A DNA stretch of 64,000 nucleotides, taken from NCBI RefSeq assembly GCF_964355755.1, contig NC_092671.1:19592001-19656000 (forward strand), in the 5' to 3' direction. The stretch is from Antedon mediterranea. Its lineage: Eukaryota > Animalia > Echinodermata. Made by a program: the position numbers and the translations under genes. The notes beneath the pieces are model-generated. The model saw only the letters and a list, made by a program, of their open reading frames with translations, did no database searches and was not told where the DNA came from. Positions 39,700 to 53,107 of this stretch are shown piece after piece. Every line of letters begins with the position of its first letter. The stretch's first letter is position 1.

Positions 39700-42600
39700 A
39701 ATAATGTAAGGATAGGTTTATTTAAAATACCAGTAAACTGTATTTTGCATATTACTAACTGTACTTTCTTATGGCAATGCAAAACAATTAAATAATTCAA
39801 CACTTACAGTATATAAATATACAGCTAATACAACTATTTAAAAAATACCAATATACCAATTATAGCATTATAAGTGAAAGATAATTAATACTGATAAGTG
39901 ATTAAAATACTACTTTAAGATAAACTTGAATATACAATACAAAAACAAGGAATGTTTTACTTGACAATTGTTCAAAAACTGTACGGACAAAAGTGCTGAT
40001 TTACCTATAGTAGGCAACAATATAGACAATTAAGTTATAATAAACACAAGTTTTAGAGTTGGTTTCAAATGCAATGTAACAAAAAATACTATAAGAAACT
40101 ACAGTAAAATAAACACACATTACAGACAAAACAAATTTCATACTTCAATGAGTGTAAACTTAAATAAAATAGTTAATTCTACATTTACTTATGTATATTA
40201 TACATAATAATTTTAAACACACGATATTACAAACATTACATTATTCATAATACAACAAATGAACAAAATCAAGGATATATTTTCATGTTTTCTACTCTAA
40301 ATAAAATATGGAGCATCATTTGGTAGCACCAATAAGATAATGAATAGTACTAAGTTTGAATATTCCATAATCTGTAATAATGCAAATTTTCAATTAGAAT
40401 TTCTAGTGATTTACAAAAAAGTACAAGTACAATGCACAAACACCTGAGGTATACAATACAAATCGGGTAATTTTACAATGATATACATAGTTAATATTGC
40501 AGAAACTAGGTGAATATGGTTATTAATTTCTAAAGTTCAAAATTTTTATAATCCATAACAGATAGTTTGCTGAAAAATAAGTTGTTCAAGTACTGTATAA
40601 GCATAATTTTACCATAGAGATATCTCTATGATTTTACATAAAGATATAGATTTTGCCTTTATTATATTATCTTGTGTAAGACTTACTGTAGATTTACTTT
40701 TCTAAGTTGGGTGTTATCTTATACACAAGGTTAACATTTTTATGATAATTAAGATCAGATTTTACAGCAGCAAAACTTACACATTTTTTGTTTGCAAACT
40801 GTGAGTTTGCTACCGTTTGTGTATGGTGTTTGACACTACTGTTTTGTACATCTGTAGCATCATGAACTACAAATAACTTATTTTATTCGCGGACAGCAAG
40901 CTTAGTTAGTCAATACTGGCAAACTTTTAGGTCATCTATACAAACGAGCGCTAGTGTAGCCTAGGCTTACAACTAATCATTGTATTTTTGTTAAATAATT
41001 TTGGAAGGGAAGAGTATAAGTATTTTATAAACAGAAACATTTTAGTACACTGCATACTTTTACTGCATGTGATTAGTAAGCACAATTTGGGAGAGGTTAG
41101 AGTGATAAGTAACTGGAGAAGGTACTAGTTAAATTAAGTACACACATCCGATAGTGATAATTCACAATTAGTTCTTACATCTATAATTGAACATTCATTA
41201 AATATAAATAGCTGTTATATTAGTAATAATAATTTATTGTACATAAAAGAGTGACGTCACTAGTGCAGTATGTGGAATGATATGTGCAATGAACAGGTAA
41301 TAAAGAGTATGGAAGCGCAGCATCCCATGCATGGCTACATGGCATAAGGCCCTCCATAAATCAGACAATTTTATATCGTATTAAATTCCTGTAAATTATC
41401 AAATAAGTACAGCGGTGCTTATAAAAGTTTGTGAGGCATTTATATGACAGCGACTCGAATGGATTTCAGGTGGTTTATAATTTACTGTTTTGCCAATTTT
41501 AATCATTCTTTGATTAACTTAATTCCAATGTAAACATGTTTTTATAACCACAGTGGCATTGAGTGTTGGGTGTTATATCTGATTGTGCCACTTATTTCAT
41601 CCAGCAATGTAATCATTTACAGTATAGATAATAATCATAATCTATATAGAACTGTTGGTACAATTTTTCTGTGTGTTCATTCTAACATCCTTAGCTAAAT
41701 TTAAGCTAAAACAATATAATAATGTTTAAACAAGTTATTATCTCAATACAGGTGCACATTATGAATATATACTTTTTATTGTATATGACGGTAGCTTTAT
41801 TACATTCACACAAATAAACAATTTTAAATGTTACTGTACTATCAATGTCTATCTATTTTCTAGAGCTTAGTTTGTAATTTTTAAAAAAGTTTTGTTTTTA
41901 ATTTTATAAAAACGCACATTGGCAATATTTCAGTCATGATTCATATAATAACAATTATTAAAAAAAATTAAATATTGGATGTGAAACATGATTTAATATA
42001 TAAATATGATTAATACATCTGAGATAATAAATACTGTAATATGATTTGTTTTATATATCGAAAAATAGTTATTTTAAATTAGAACATGAATTGAACCATT
42101 GACCTATAAATTACTTAGCTAGGTCCATGATTCAATTTACTAAACATTTGTGTATAGTACATGCGTGATAGACCATAGATGATCACTGAACCTCACCATT
42201 GAATGTGCTACCATCTACCCACTACAGTAATTACCATCACCATTGTATTTTGTACACAGCTTTTTATTACTTGTATCAACAATTGTAATAACTTTACCAC
42301 TGAGTGATATCAATTTTATTTATTACATATATGGTGATATTATTTGAATTTCGTTAATGAATGTTGTCTAGCACAATTTGATATCAGACATTAACATTGA
42401 TATAACCATTCATAAAATGGTTTATATCAGATATGTTATTATTCAAAATCTAAATTAGTTAATTTATTTCCTTCAAAATTATCCCAAGTTTTAGATCTAG
42501 TATTTGATTGTTTAACAACTCAGGGGTGATAGATTTTGATATTTTTATCTTCAGTTTTTTTGGTTTAGTAATGGGCATCACTATTAGATAATCTTTTATA

Positions 42601-43054
42601 ATCACAAAATAGTTATTCTGAATAGTCATGAATATTGCTAAAAAGTACTATTAATAATTATTTCAGTGAGATTCCACTAAGCTAAAATAGTAACATGAAA
42701 TTCAATTGAAAATAGTGATATTTCTGTTTTAAAGATATTTATTGCAGATACTGGTTATTACCTTTGGCATCTATTTTTGTATTTGTGTTACATAGGCATA
42801 CTAGCACCATTAGCAAAAGCTTACTACACCAAACCAAAGCAATAAACACATTCCTATAAACTCCTATAAGCTACCTGTATAACTACATCAAAATATTTGC
42901 AATTATAATAAAAGTAGTTTATTTGGATTGACTAGATACTTTGGTCCAAAACTATACTAACAATATAGATTGTGAATATTTAGAAAAAAAATCCACGTTG
43001 TTTAAACCTGTCCATGTTTCCTTGTCAGTTGATGTGGAGGTAACAGCAGCCAAA
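39700..43054 (-). other. Possible terminal exon (short coding tail plus ~3.3-kb 3'UTR) of an unidentified upstream gene
   Basis: Strong minus-strand acceptor tttctttatttctttcAG (AG at 43056-43055) is followed by ~60 nt of GC-richer sequence. All three frames stop soon (FGCCYLHIN*, xWLLLPPHQLTRKHGQV*, xLAAVTSTSTDKETW...LLV*). A long, large-TE-free, U-rich stretch follows, with AATAAA at 39722-39717. No partner exon was identified. Confidence 0.4.
40613..40630. mobile_element. P-element-type excision footprint (18-nt palindrome, 7-bp TSD)
   Basis: attttac-catagagatatctctatg-attttac. Confidence 0.65.
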
Positions 43055-45698
43055 CTGAAAGAAATAAAGAAATAATAATTGGTTAAAATATAATAAAATG
43101 TATCACTAATTTTCTAGTTAATTTCATGCCTACTAAATTCATTTTCTTTCATCTTACCGGTTATTTGGATTAAAAACAAAAAAATTAATCTCAAGATTAT
43201 TTTTTCCACTTGTGACAGAAATGAAGGTCTAAATACACTTATTTATTACCAGCACCATGGGAATAGAATATACTGATGGATATCTTTGAAAATTGTTAGT
43301 AATCTTGAAAACTTGACAAAAGCTAAATACAAGTGTAGCCACACAGCTTGATTGGCTCATTGCAAAATCTGCCTACCATTAGAGCAGACTTGAGATGAGA
43401 CTAGTAAACTAAATCCTTTAATTAATCAATCGGAAATATTGCAAGCCTGGAATTGCTGCATTCTACTAGAGACGATTCTTTCAGTTGACTAAACTCATTG
43501 CATCTCCTTGGCAGCTTTAAACAATACTAGTATGTTGTGAACACGCTATGATTCATTGTTCAAAATAACAAGTGAGTCAACCTACTCCACAATGTTCACA
43601 TTAGAATAGATACAATCTTAAATTTAGATTGCACAATAGAAAGCCAACAATGATGGTTCTAATAAAATAATAATTATAAGATGATAAAATCACTCAAATT
43701 TGTTTTCCGTTGAGCCAGTTTCTACAGTGCGCAAACAAGTGGATAAACAGTGTTTTGAAAAAACACTGCAAATTCTTGTCAGTAGAAACAGAATCAATGA
43801 ATTTCATAAAACATAACAAATGACATTCCCAATTAAAAACACCCAATTGAGTACATGTTAAAACGCTATTTAACCACTATGCAATTTTTAGCAGAAATGC
43901 AAAATAATATTATTTTTATTTTCCAATGCCATGGAGGTTAAAGTAGGTGATTTTGTAAAATATAATTTATTTAGCTTTACATTCATGATCTTTGGAGGAA
44001 CATTGCTGTTTTAAATACAACAATTTCAGTGGTTTTAACATTTTTACTGTACTTTAACAATTTACAGAAGTATTAAGACATTTTCTTTTTGATGACATTT
44101 TTTTCCTCAAGCTTTCGCTGGTTCATCAATGCAGATTATTTTTTCACTAAATTACAGAAGTAAAAGAATATAATATCTATAATACCCATTAAAAAAATTT
44201 AACTACAATGTGAACCTAATTTTCCGATACTACAGTACTGGTATGCATCGCCTTCATTCTAGGTATTGAGAGTTGTAACCTCAAATTCAATTTATTTTAT
44301 ATTTTTGGAAAACAACACTTTTAACAGAGCAGAACTTTCACAAAAACAGACTTTAAAACATGTTGATACGTTATATAAAAAACAATGAATTCTGTGAAAC
44401 TTAATCTAGTAACAGGGTTGTAGCATTTTCTTTAGCAATATCTAAAGAACTACAATATTAGAAAATAATCAAAAATTCATTAGCTGCTAATTAAAGTAAA
44501 AGAGTGTCCTAGATGACCTGGCTAAATTACAAAAGCCAATTAAGCTGTAGACATGAACTAATAAACTGTACTATTTTATACTAATAATGCAACTTCTGTG
44601 TAAACAGAAAAGGTGCCATGTAGAAAAATGACAATTAGGCTATTGTAATTAACAATGTTACACTTCACTAAGCAATAATGGGAAATTCGTAAAAAACAAA
44701 ACCAGTAATTAATTCATAATGTATATTGCTATTGACTTATTTTGTATTTCAACAACACGAAAAGTGACAAAATGTTAGTGCTTTAAAAATGATTATTTTT
44801 ATTTGAATTGTTGAACTTATCCTTTTAAACACAGTTTTCATCTTCATTCACAAAATCATGCACAGATCAACACAAACTACTGTCAACAAAACAATTATCA
44901 CCATGAAATTGCTTCTAATTAATTGAATTCAGTAGATTTCTATTTTTTGAACATGTGGCATGCAATGTTCTCACAATAATTTTAAGATTATGAATAAAGA
45001 ACTTAATTTAATTTATGAGCAGACAGCAACCAAATTCACCAATCACAAGATCAAATTTCTAAAGACAAAAGCAAAATTAGGTCATAGACACATGAACTCA
45101 TTGGAGAACAAAACCCATTTTCTTTCTTGTTCAGCCAGTATACATTCAACCTGATCTATTATAACCATTCGTTGGATATGGCTCCAGACTTGTATCCTAG
45201 ACAAAGATGATGTGTTTTCAACAGTAATTCTATCTGTGGCATGGTCTCTCTTTAATACCGCACCAACTGTTTGCCATTATTGTCCATCCATTACAAACGT
45301 AGAGACAAACAGTAGCAAACACGCTGAGTCATAGGTATGTTTACACCTAACAGTACACTAGTGGTTTACCTACCCAACATCATATAAAACATATGTTTGT
45401 TAAGGTATATAACACATTAAAAGTCTGTATTAAAGTCAGTGGTTGATGTATTATTTGTTTGGTAATGTTAATTTTATATTAGTCAGAGCATATAATATCT
45501 ATACATCAGATTCAATAAAGAAAGATAAGGTTAACAAAGTATTTAATATGTGCAGCATCAGAAATAAATAAAAAATAAAATAGAAGAATATTATATAATA
45601 ACTACATCAATACAATAAAAATCCTAGTTTGACAATCTTTTACAACACGTCAATGTTGCCAGGGGATAACAGTTGTGTGATAAGAATTTGTGTGTGTC

Positions 45699-45733
45699 CA
45701 TGGAGGAAAAAATAAATTATTTTTTCCACCATG
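45699..45733. mobile_element. P-element-type excision footprint (17+1+17-nt palindrome, 7-bp TSD)
   Basis: gtgtgtc-catggaggaaaaaataa-a-ttattttttccaccatg-gtgtgtc. Confidence 0.7.
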
Positions 45734-47141
45734 GTGTGTCCAATGTCACTAATTTGTTTTGAATGTTACACTGCAAATTATATAGGGAAAAAAAACCCCT
45801 AAAAATAGAGTTTCTGAGAAAGTTTACTGCTTTATATAAATGTTATATAGGATCACCATCAAAAACTAAAGGGGATATGTGCCAGAAGATGTCTCCAAAG
45901 ATTGTTTTAGAATGAACCACATTCAGTTATATTTGATTGATTTTTCAATCTTTAAACCTAAAGCATCTATTTTTTTGATTTTGGAAACTGTGAACTTTGG
46001 AATATTGATATTAACAAAAAAAAATGCATCTACACTGTAGTAGATGGATTGGTAGTCAGATTACGTCACTTGGATTGCACACATTTTACAACATCCCATG
46101 CTAATGAACACAAGTATTAACCCCAAAAAAGTTATCATCACTAAATTTAGATATACATATATCAATAATAAATAATCTTTTAGCCATCAACGTATTGAAT
46201 CCTGTTAATTGTATAATACTACATTAATATACAACAATTAAGCATTGAAAGGTTTTTTAAGCTCATATGTACAGGTGAGCCTTGATTGGATTATATATTC
46301 CACATTGTCATTGACGCTACCTTTCTCAATCACTGTATATCTAACAGAAATGTTGCTACCTAATTCAAAGTTATTAAATAGCAATATAGTAAATTGCAAG
46401 CACTAAAGGGTTTTAAAAATTAGTTAATGACCTAGCATAGTACAGAATAAATCATATAAAGGGCATTATTCTTTAGATAATCTGTTACATAGCAATTCCT
46501 ATACATCAACCAATCTTCAATAATCCTAGCATAATAATCGTCACCCTGGTACAGTATAATATGATGGTGCATAAAGTTCAATTGATAGAAGATTTAAAAG
46601 GATTTAAAATTTAGATGTATTTTACACTACAACTACATATAACTAAATATATAACTAAACCCTGAGATGATAGTAAAGAAAAGGCTATGTTTAGCGTGAG
46701 GTATATTGATAGAATTATGTGAATATAGATGAAATAAAAGTGGGACAAGCCAACAACACACTATATCACATATGCTATTAGAGTGCCACACATGTTATAA
46801 CCTGTTATTAGTACCAATGACTGTCATAGAAAACTAGTATTTAAAAATCAATAATAAATCATAAATTCAACCAAAGTATAATATAGAAATAAAAATAATT
46901 GTAAAAAAGCGATGCATTTATAGTTGTTTGATTTGCTCACGAGTAAATTTACGAGGAAATAAAAGGTAAAAGTAGCAATACATTAACGTATAATCATCAT
47001 AATAGAAGCTTGGATTATAGTAGCAATCCACGTCAAAGTAATAATGATTTAGTCTGTTCTTATAATATAGTACACCATAATCAGTTGATGTCACTATACA
47101 TAAGCAATATATTACTAGTACTACGGTAATGAAATTTAACA

Positions 47142-48215
47142 TGTAGAAATGTTTGTATCTTTCTATGCTAGGGTATTGGGATCTGGCAGACCAGATCTGT
47201 AGAAATTTTTGGATCTTTCTATGCTAAGGTATTGGGATCTAGCAGACCAGATCTGTAGAAATGTTAGGATCATTGTATGCTAAGGTATTGGGATCTGGCA
47301 GACCAGATCTGTAGAAATGTTTGTATCTTTCTATGCTAGGGTATTGGGATCTAGCAGACCAGATCTGTAGAAATGTTAGGATCATTGTATGCTAAGGTAT
47401 TGGGATCTGGCAGACCAGATCTGTAGAAATGTTTGTATCTTTCTATGCTAGGGTATTGGGATCTAGCAGACCAGATCTGTAGAAATGTTTAGATCCTTTT
47501 ATGCTAGGGTATTGGGATCACCAGATCTGTAGAAATGTTTAGATCTTTCTATGCTAAGGTATTTGGATCTGGCAGACCAGATCTGTAGAAATGTTTGGAT
47601 CTTTCTATGCTAAGGTATTTGGATCTGGCAGACCAGATCTGTAGAAATGCTTGGATCTTTCTATGCTAGGTTATTTGGATCTGGCAGATCAGATCTGTAG
47701 AAATGTTTGGATCTTTCTATGCTAGGGTATTGGGATCTGGCAGACCAGATCTGTAGAAATGCTTGGATCTTTCTATGCTAGGTTATTTGGATCTGGCCAA
47801 CCAGATATGTAGAAATGTTTGGATCTTTTATGCTAGGGTATTGGGATCTGGCCAACCAGATATGTAGAAATGTTTGGATCTTTCTATGCTAGGGTATTGG
47901 GATCTGGCCAACCAGATATGTAGAAATGTTTGGATCTTTCTATGCTAGGGTATTGGGATCTAGCAGACCAGATCTGTAGAAATGTGTGGATCTTTCTATG
48001 CTAGGGTATTTGGATCTGGCCAACCAGATATGTAGAAATGTTTGGATCTTTCTATGCAGGGTATTTGGATCTGGCAGACCAGATCTGTAGACAATTTTCA
48101 ATTTGTCCCATCCTAGAGTATTGCAGGTATAGCGATCTTCAACAGATCAGGTCTGTAGAGATTTTTTAATCTTTCTAAGCCAGGGTATTGGTGATCTTTA
48201 GCAAACCAGATTTGT
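47142..48215. repeat. Satellite-like array, 56-bp unit, ~17 copies plus ~2 degenerate copies
   Basis: Consensus tgtagaaatgtttggatctttctatgctagggtattgggatctggcagaccagatc, head-to-tail, with no unique spacers. Confidence 0.97.
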
Positions 48216-50245
48216 AAATGTTTGAGATAGGAAGAAAAATTATGCTACTGTAAGGAAGGAAGAAATAGGTTATAAACAGGCTCATGCTATTGAACTATTG
48301 ATAATCTTCATAATCACGGTTTGTTTGCTACAGTAGTTTGCCATACAAAAGAAGAAGTGACATGGATACTTTAAATGTTCATTCTGCCATAGATTTTTTA
48401 TTCAGGAAATCATAACATTATAAACATCATTGCATGTTTAAATAGTAATTATAAAATGCTTCATTAGAAGATGCAAGGCCAATACAGTAACCTTTTAATG
48501 ATAGTGCCCTATTTTATTCTCATTTCAAGAAACTAATCATTGATTGAGTAATGACCAAATGAATTGACAATAAAACAATCATACAATTCATCTTATCTAC
48601 TGTATGGCCATTTAACTATGTGGCATACAATATTTGTTAACTTCTATGTAAAAAAAACCCAAAATAGAACGTGAAAAACATTTAATAGTACTTTGCATGT
48701 TTTCCAAATTATGTATTAATGGCAAATTGTTTTATACATTTCGTGCATCTCTTGTGTTGTACTTCCAATGGTTTATTATTGGTATTTCATAGAAATAACA
48801 TTTCCAATTTACTGAAAAATCCAACAAGTTTCTACAAACACACACATACCACCTGCATGTTAGTCATAATTTATCCTCACCTGCTTCAAACATTATAAAT
48901 TTATAACACTAGGCAAAAATAGAGTATGATAAATGCTGTCACACGATTTTACAAAGCTGATTTTTCTTGAGGTTTATTTATTTATTTATTTCAACAATAT
49001 TTTACGAGGGTGGTCCATCCATTCATTTCACGAGAAACATGTAAAAAATATTATTTGTTATAGCCATATAATATGACCATAACAAGGTGAATAAAAAAAA
49101 GAAATAAAAAGTGTACAGTCAACCCCACCATGTAGAACGCTTTGCTACTGTAAATGTTTTAAGACCTAAGTGCATTAAAATGTAAATGTCAAACTAAAAT
49201 TGCTTTAAGTCAAAATTCAACTAATAGATTCATGCTTGTGTAAAATTTATTTCTCCAAAAGGACAAATTTTTAAGTGGCTTTTTTGTGTAACATATCAAA
49301 ATCCAAAAATGTTTATATTGTTTTTATATTATTTTCTTGATGTAATTAAAATTAAAAATCAAATTGCAATTTAACAAAAAAACCCAAACCTTTCTGATCA
49401 GTCTCATTATGCTTATTGCACGTGTACTATCTTATCCTCACAGATTTCCTCATCTTTATTGTTCTAAATTAATTAATATTCAGTATAACACCGGGCGGTT
49501 TAGAATTTGTTATGTGCCTCTAAATATATTTATTAAACAAAATTCTTCTCACAGTATTCAAAATAAATACAGGTATGTCAATATAAAATGTAAATGCTTT
49601 CACAGAATTTAGGCCTACATAAATAAATCCAAATAAAAAGATCTATTTGAGTGTCCTTAAACAACATAGAAAAATAAAATTCTATTAAAGAGCATTCAGG
49701 ATTAACTTGCAAAAATAAACAAAGATAAATGATGTTTGAATGAGGAACATTTTTCATTTTGGATATAATCTCAAAGGATTTCAATTTAATAAAACCAAGT
49801 CCACTTAAGACTGTTAATAACTACCACTATAAATGACCCTCCTTTAAAATCTTTACTCAACATTACTTGTAAGAAGTGTATATGCAGTAAAGTTGTTCTG
49901 GGATTAAGAAAAAAACCTACTTACATGAGTCACGGATTACATGCGCAAAGATGAGGTGACCTGTCAATGACCTTGGTAAATACATTTTTGAATTAAAACG
50001 TTAAATGCAAGGTAGAAAATTCATTTATCTGGTGTATAAAGATAATGCAACTTGCTATGTAACTCTATACTTGCCAATGAAAGTATCCGGAAAACATACT
50101 GTAGGTTAAAGACACAGATAGAGACCTAATGCTTTGCATGTTTTTTCCTGCTTCCGACATCATGTGACAGAGAAAGGTTCTGAAAATGGTATAGTCTATT
50201 GTAGGGATGTCCATTAATCACCATGCTCTTTTTATATAGTTTATT

Positions 50246-51575
50246 TTATATAACACCTAAATAAATTCCTGTCATTTGATTGGACGATTGTGGGTCACAT
50301 GGCGTGCAATATTACGCACTATTAAACGATCGTTTAATAGTACTTTTTGAAACATTTTTGTGTACAAAAAAAAAAAACGTCTCACGGATGAAAAAAAAAA
50401 CGTCTCGCGGATGAAAAAAAATCTAGTACACAAATTATCCTATGATATGGCTCTGTACTGTGAAATACAACAGCGCCACCTGTCGTCTGGCCTCAGTTTC
50501 GTTTTCTTTTAAACATTTGTGTATGAAAAAAAAAACGTTTCGCGGATGAAAAAAAATCTAGTACACAAATTACCCTATGATATGGCTCTGTACTGTGAAA
50601 TACAACAGCGCCACCTGTCGTCTGGTCTCGGTTTCATCAAAGAATATATATCACAAGAATGAGTATTCCGCGATTTTCCCTGTAACAGTAATATTGTCCA
50701 TGTGGTAGGGCGCCGCCATAAGTGTGGATGTATCTGGGATGTATACAACTTTTTGTGACGGTTTCAATAATCAAAGGCTAGACCACCGGTAGTATTTTTC
50801 ATGATAAAAAATGTTATCAACTACATGCCAACATCATGTTAAATACTATTTGGATATTTAATTGTTCGTTTTATGCAATTTATTTAGTAAAAACTGCTGT
50901 ATAAACAGTTTGCTTTATCAACCGGGCGCTACGATAGCGTGACCGGGCGTGTTGGTGTTTACGCGTTTTCACGAAGGATTGTTTAATAATATTCCTATAT
51001 TTAACTTGTTTCTGGTAAAACAAATAAATGTTAATAACATTTAACATTTTTTCCTATTAATAACATGTATTTTATACTAATTTATATCATAAAAACAATA
51101 CTTAATTTACCGGGCGTAGAGTAGTACACGGCAATGGTAAAGAATAGGCCGTGCTGAGTAACGATTCATTGATTTTTGGTGTTGCTGTGTTAGGCCTTTT
51201 TTGTGAACTAACTTAGCATGTTAGTAAATAATTGTCTGTAAAAGTGAATGTACACTAGTTTGTTAATAAATATGTATTATAAAATAGTTTACAATTGCAA
51301 AAACTATTATCATAATTCTATTTAATGTGACATGTATAATATCTATTAAATCAAGTCTTATTTAGTATGTATACATCCGCCCTTATGAGGGCGGGCATCA
51401 CTCACTGGAGCTCTCTGCATCACATGACTACTGCTGCGAGGATCGTAAATCGTGTATTTCCTCGAGTACGATGATATTACTGAGTAATTTTTGAGTGATT
51501 ATCGTGTCCCTGTCATTAAACATATAAAATCCAGCGCCAGGTGAGGGAAATATAATTCTCGAGAGCATAGTATAA
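50246..51575. mobile_element. Unclassified interspersed element with an internal ~135-bp duplication
   Basis: CpG-richer block with a tandem duplication (50350-50500 and 50511-50635) and hairpin ccgccct-tatg-agggcgg (51377-51394). Boundaries are approximate. Confidence 0.45.
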
Positions 51576-51651
51576 TTTCTCGAGGGGAAAGCAGGCAATA
51601 TCTGTATACTATAACGGTATTTCAATAGTACTTTTCTCTTCTTTTCTACAT

Positions 51652-53107
51652 GGGGTCTGTTTCTACTGCATAGCGCCGAATAAATAGAATATTTCAAAAA
51701 TGTAATTTTTATATTGACTGCATTTCTGCTTAATTTTTGCTAAAAAATTACCGTTTAAATGCATGGGTCGTTGACAAAAATTGTTATAATTACCCAAAAT
51801 TCAATTAGTCCTGGCAGTTAATTCAAACGTTACTCAAGTTCAGCAGCTGTCAATCAAATAACCGATATTTTGTGTTGCAGCTAAAAATTGCTCAGCGATA
51901 ACCAGCTAAATGGTGTCCCAACACCAAATTGAATGGGTGTTTTTAACTTAATTATATTTATCATTGAAATCTGGTTTATTCTAATATTGCACTAAAATGT
52001 ATACTGTCAAGTAGCAACATTTGTATTCTACACTCTTCCATACTTGAGCCAAGGAAAAAATACAACTTAGTGATTATAAAGTTATTTATGAATAGTAATA
52101 CTAATACAATTATTTATTTAATGAAAAACTGTATACTTATTCCTACTTGAATAATATCTGTATTACGTGTAATTTTTGAGGACCGCATTTCCACTCTTAC
52201 CAGTATTCAGTAGTAGGACTATCATATCAGTAAAATTGAACAAATGACATGGGAATTGATAAAGCTGATCACTAAGTTAGAGTTATCTAACTGCTAACAT
52301 GGGAACTAATATAAATGAATCAATTACTCATTATTATCTAAATATGTTTTGATTGCCAATATCAGATTCTTAAAATCTCCAACAAAAAGATGCAGATGCA
52401 ATAGAAAATTTAAAGTGGTCATGATATTTACACAGTTGAGAAAATGTGTATTTGCAACTGGCAATGTTAAATCCATTGCATTAATTAATACTGATTGATT
52501 GAACAGCGTCTGAATCACTGCCTTTGTCTGCTAATGCTAAGATTCCAATGTTATTTCATCTGTAAACTTTACAAAGTCTAGGTTATAAATCTTATTGTGA
52601 TAACACATGATTATGATTGAAAAGTGTTTTTGACACACATTGTATTTTAGTTGTTTTCATTGAGGGAATTAAAAATTCTCTTTGTTACACGTACGTTTCT
52701 ATAATTGAATTTCATGGGCGTACAAGTATTTCAAGTTTTAACCAAATTTGTACTGTACTGTACAAACTCCATTTTTGAAGGGCTGTGGGGTGGCTTGAGA
52801 AATTAATTACAAGAAACAGTGAAATATTATTAAATATGTTTATAAAATAACCGGTTAAAAATGGTGTGAATAAATTAACCCCAATTTCTTGGTAGCAGAA
52901 ACAGGACTATTTTTTTAGTAACCGGTTAAATGGCAGCGCAAAGTAACGGTTAAAAACTACCATTCAATTTGTTATTTGTGGGCAACTTTTAGCTGCAACA
53001 CAAATAATGGTTATTTGATTTGACAGCTGCTGACCTTTAGTAAACAACACTGCAGTAATGTTTGAATTAACCGCAAGGACCAATTGCATTTTGGGTAATT
53101 CTAACGA
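51652..53107. mobile_element. Two oppositely oriented pieces of the ggtctgtttctgctgc MITE family
   Basis: 51654 ggtctgtttctactgcatagcgccgaata starts the first piece. Segment 51781-51948 is the approximate reverse complement of 52949-53107. A right end gtagcagaaacaggac lies at ~52892-52907. Confidence 0.7.

Noticed and set aside
47142-48215. CRISPR-like array (regular repeats with an internal hairpin)
   Set aside because: Units are head-to-tail with no unique spacers, there are no cas genes, and the context is eukaryotic.
49925-49960. 36-nt minus-strand microexon (AG...GTAAGT)
   Set aside because: The acceptor lacks a polypyrimidine tract and two of three frames contain stops. The sequence is better explained as the DR5/AP-1 cluster.
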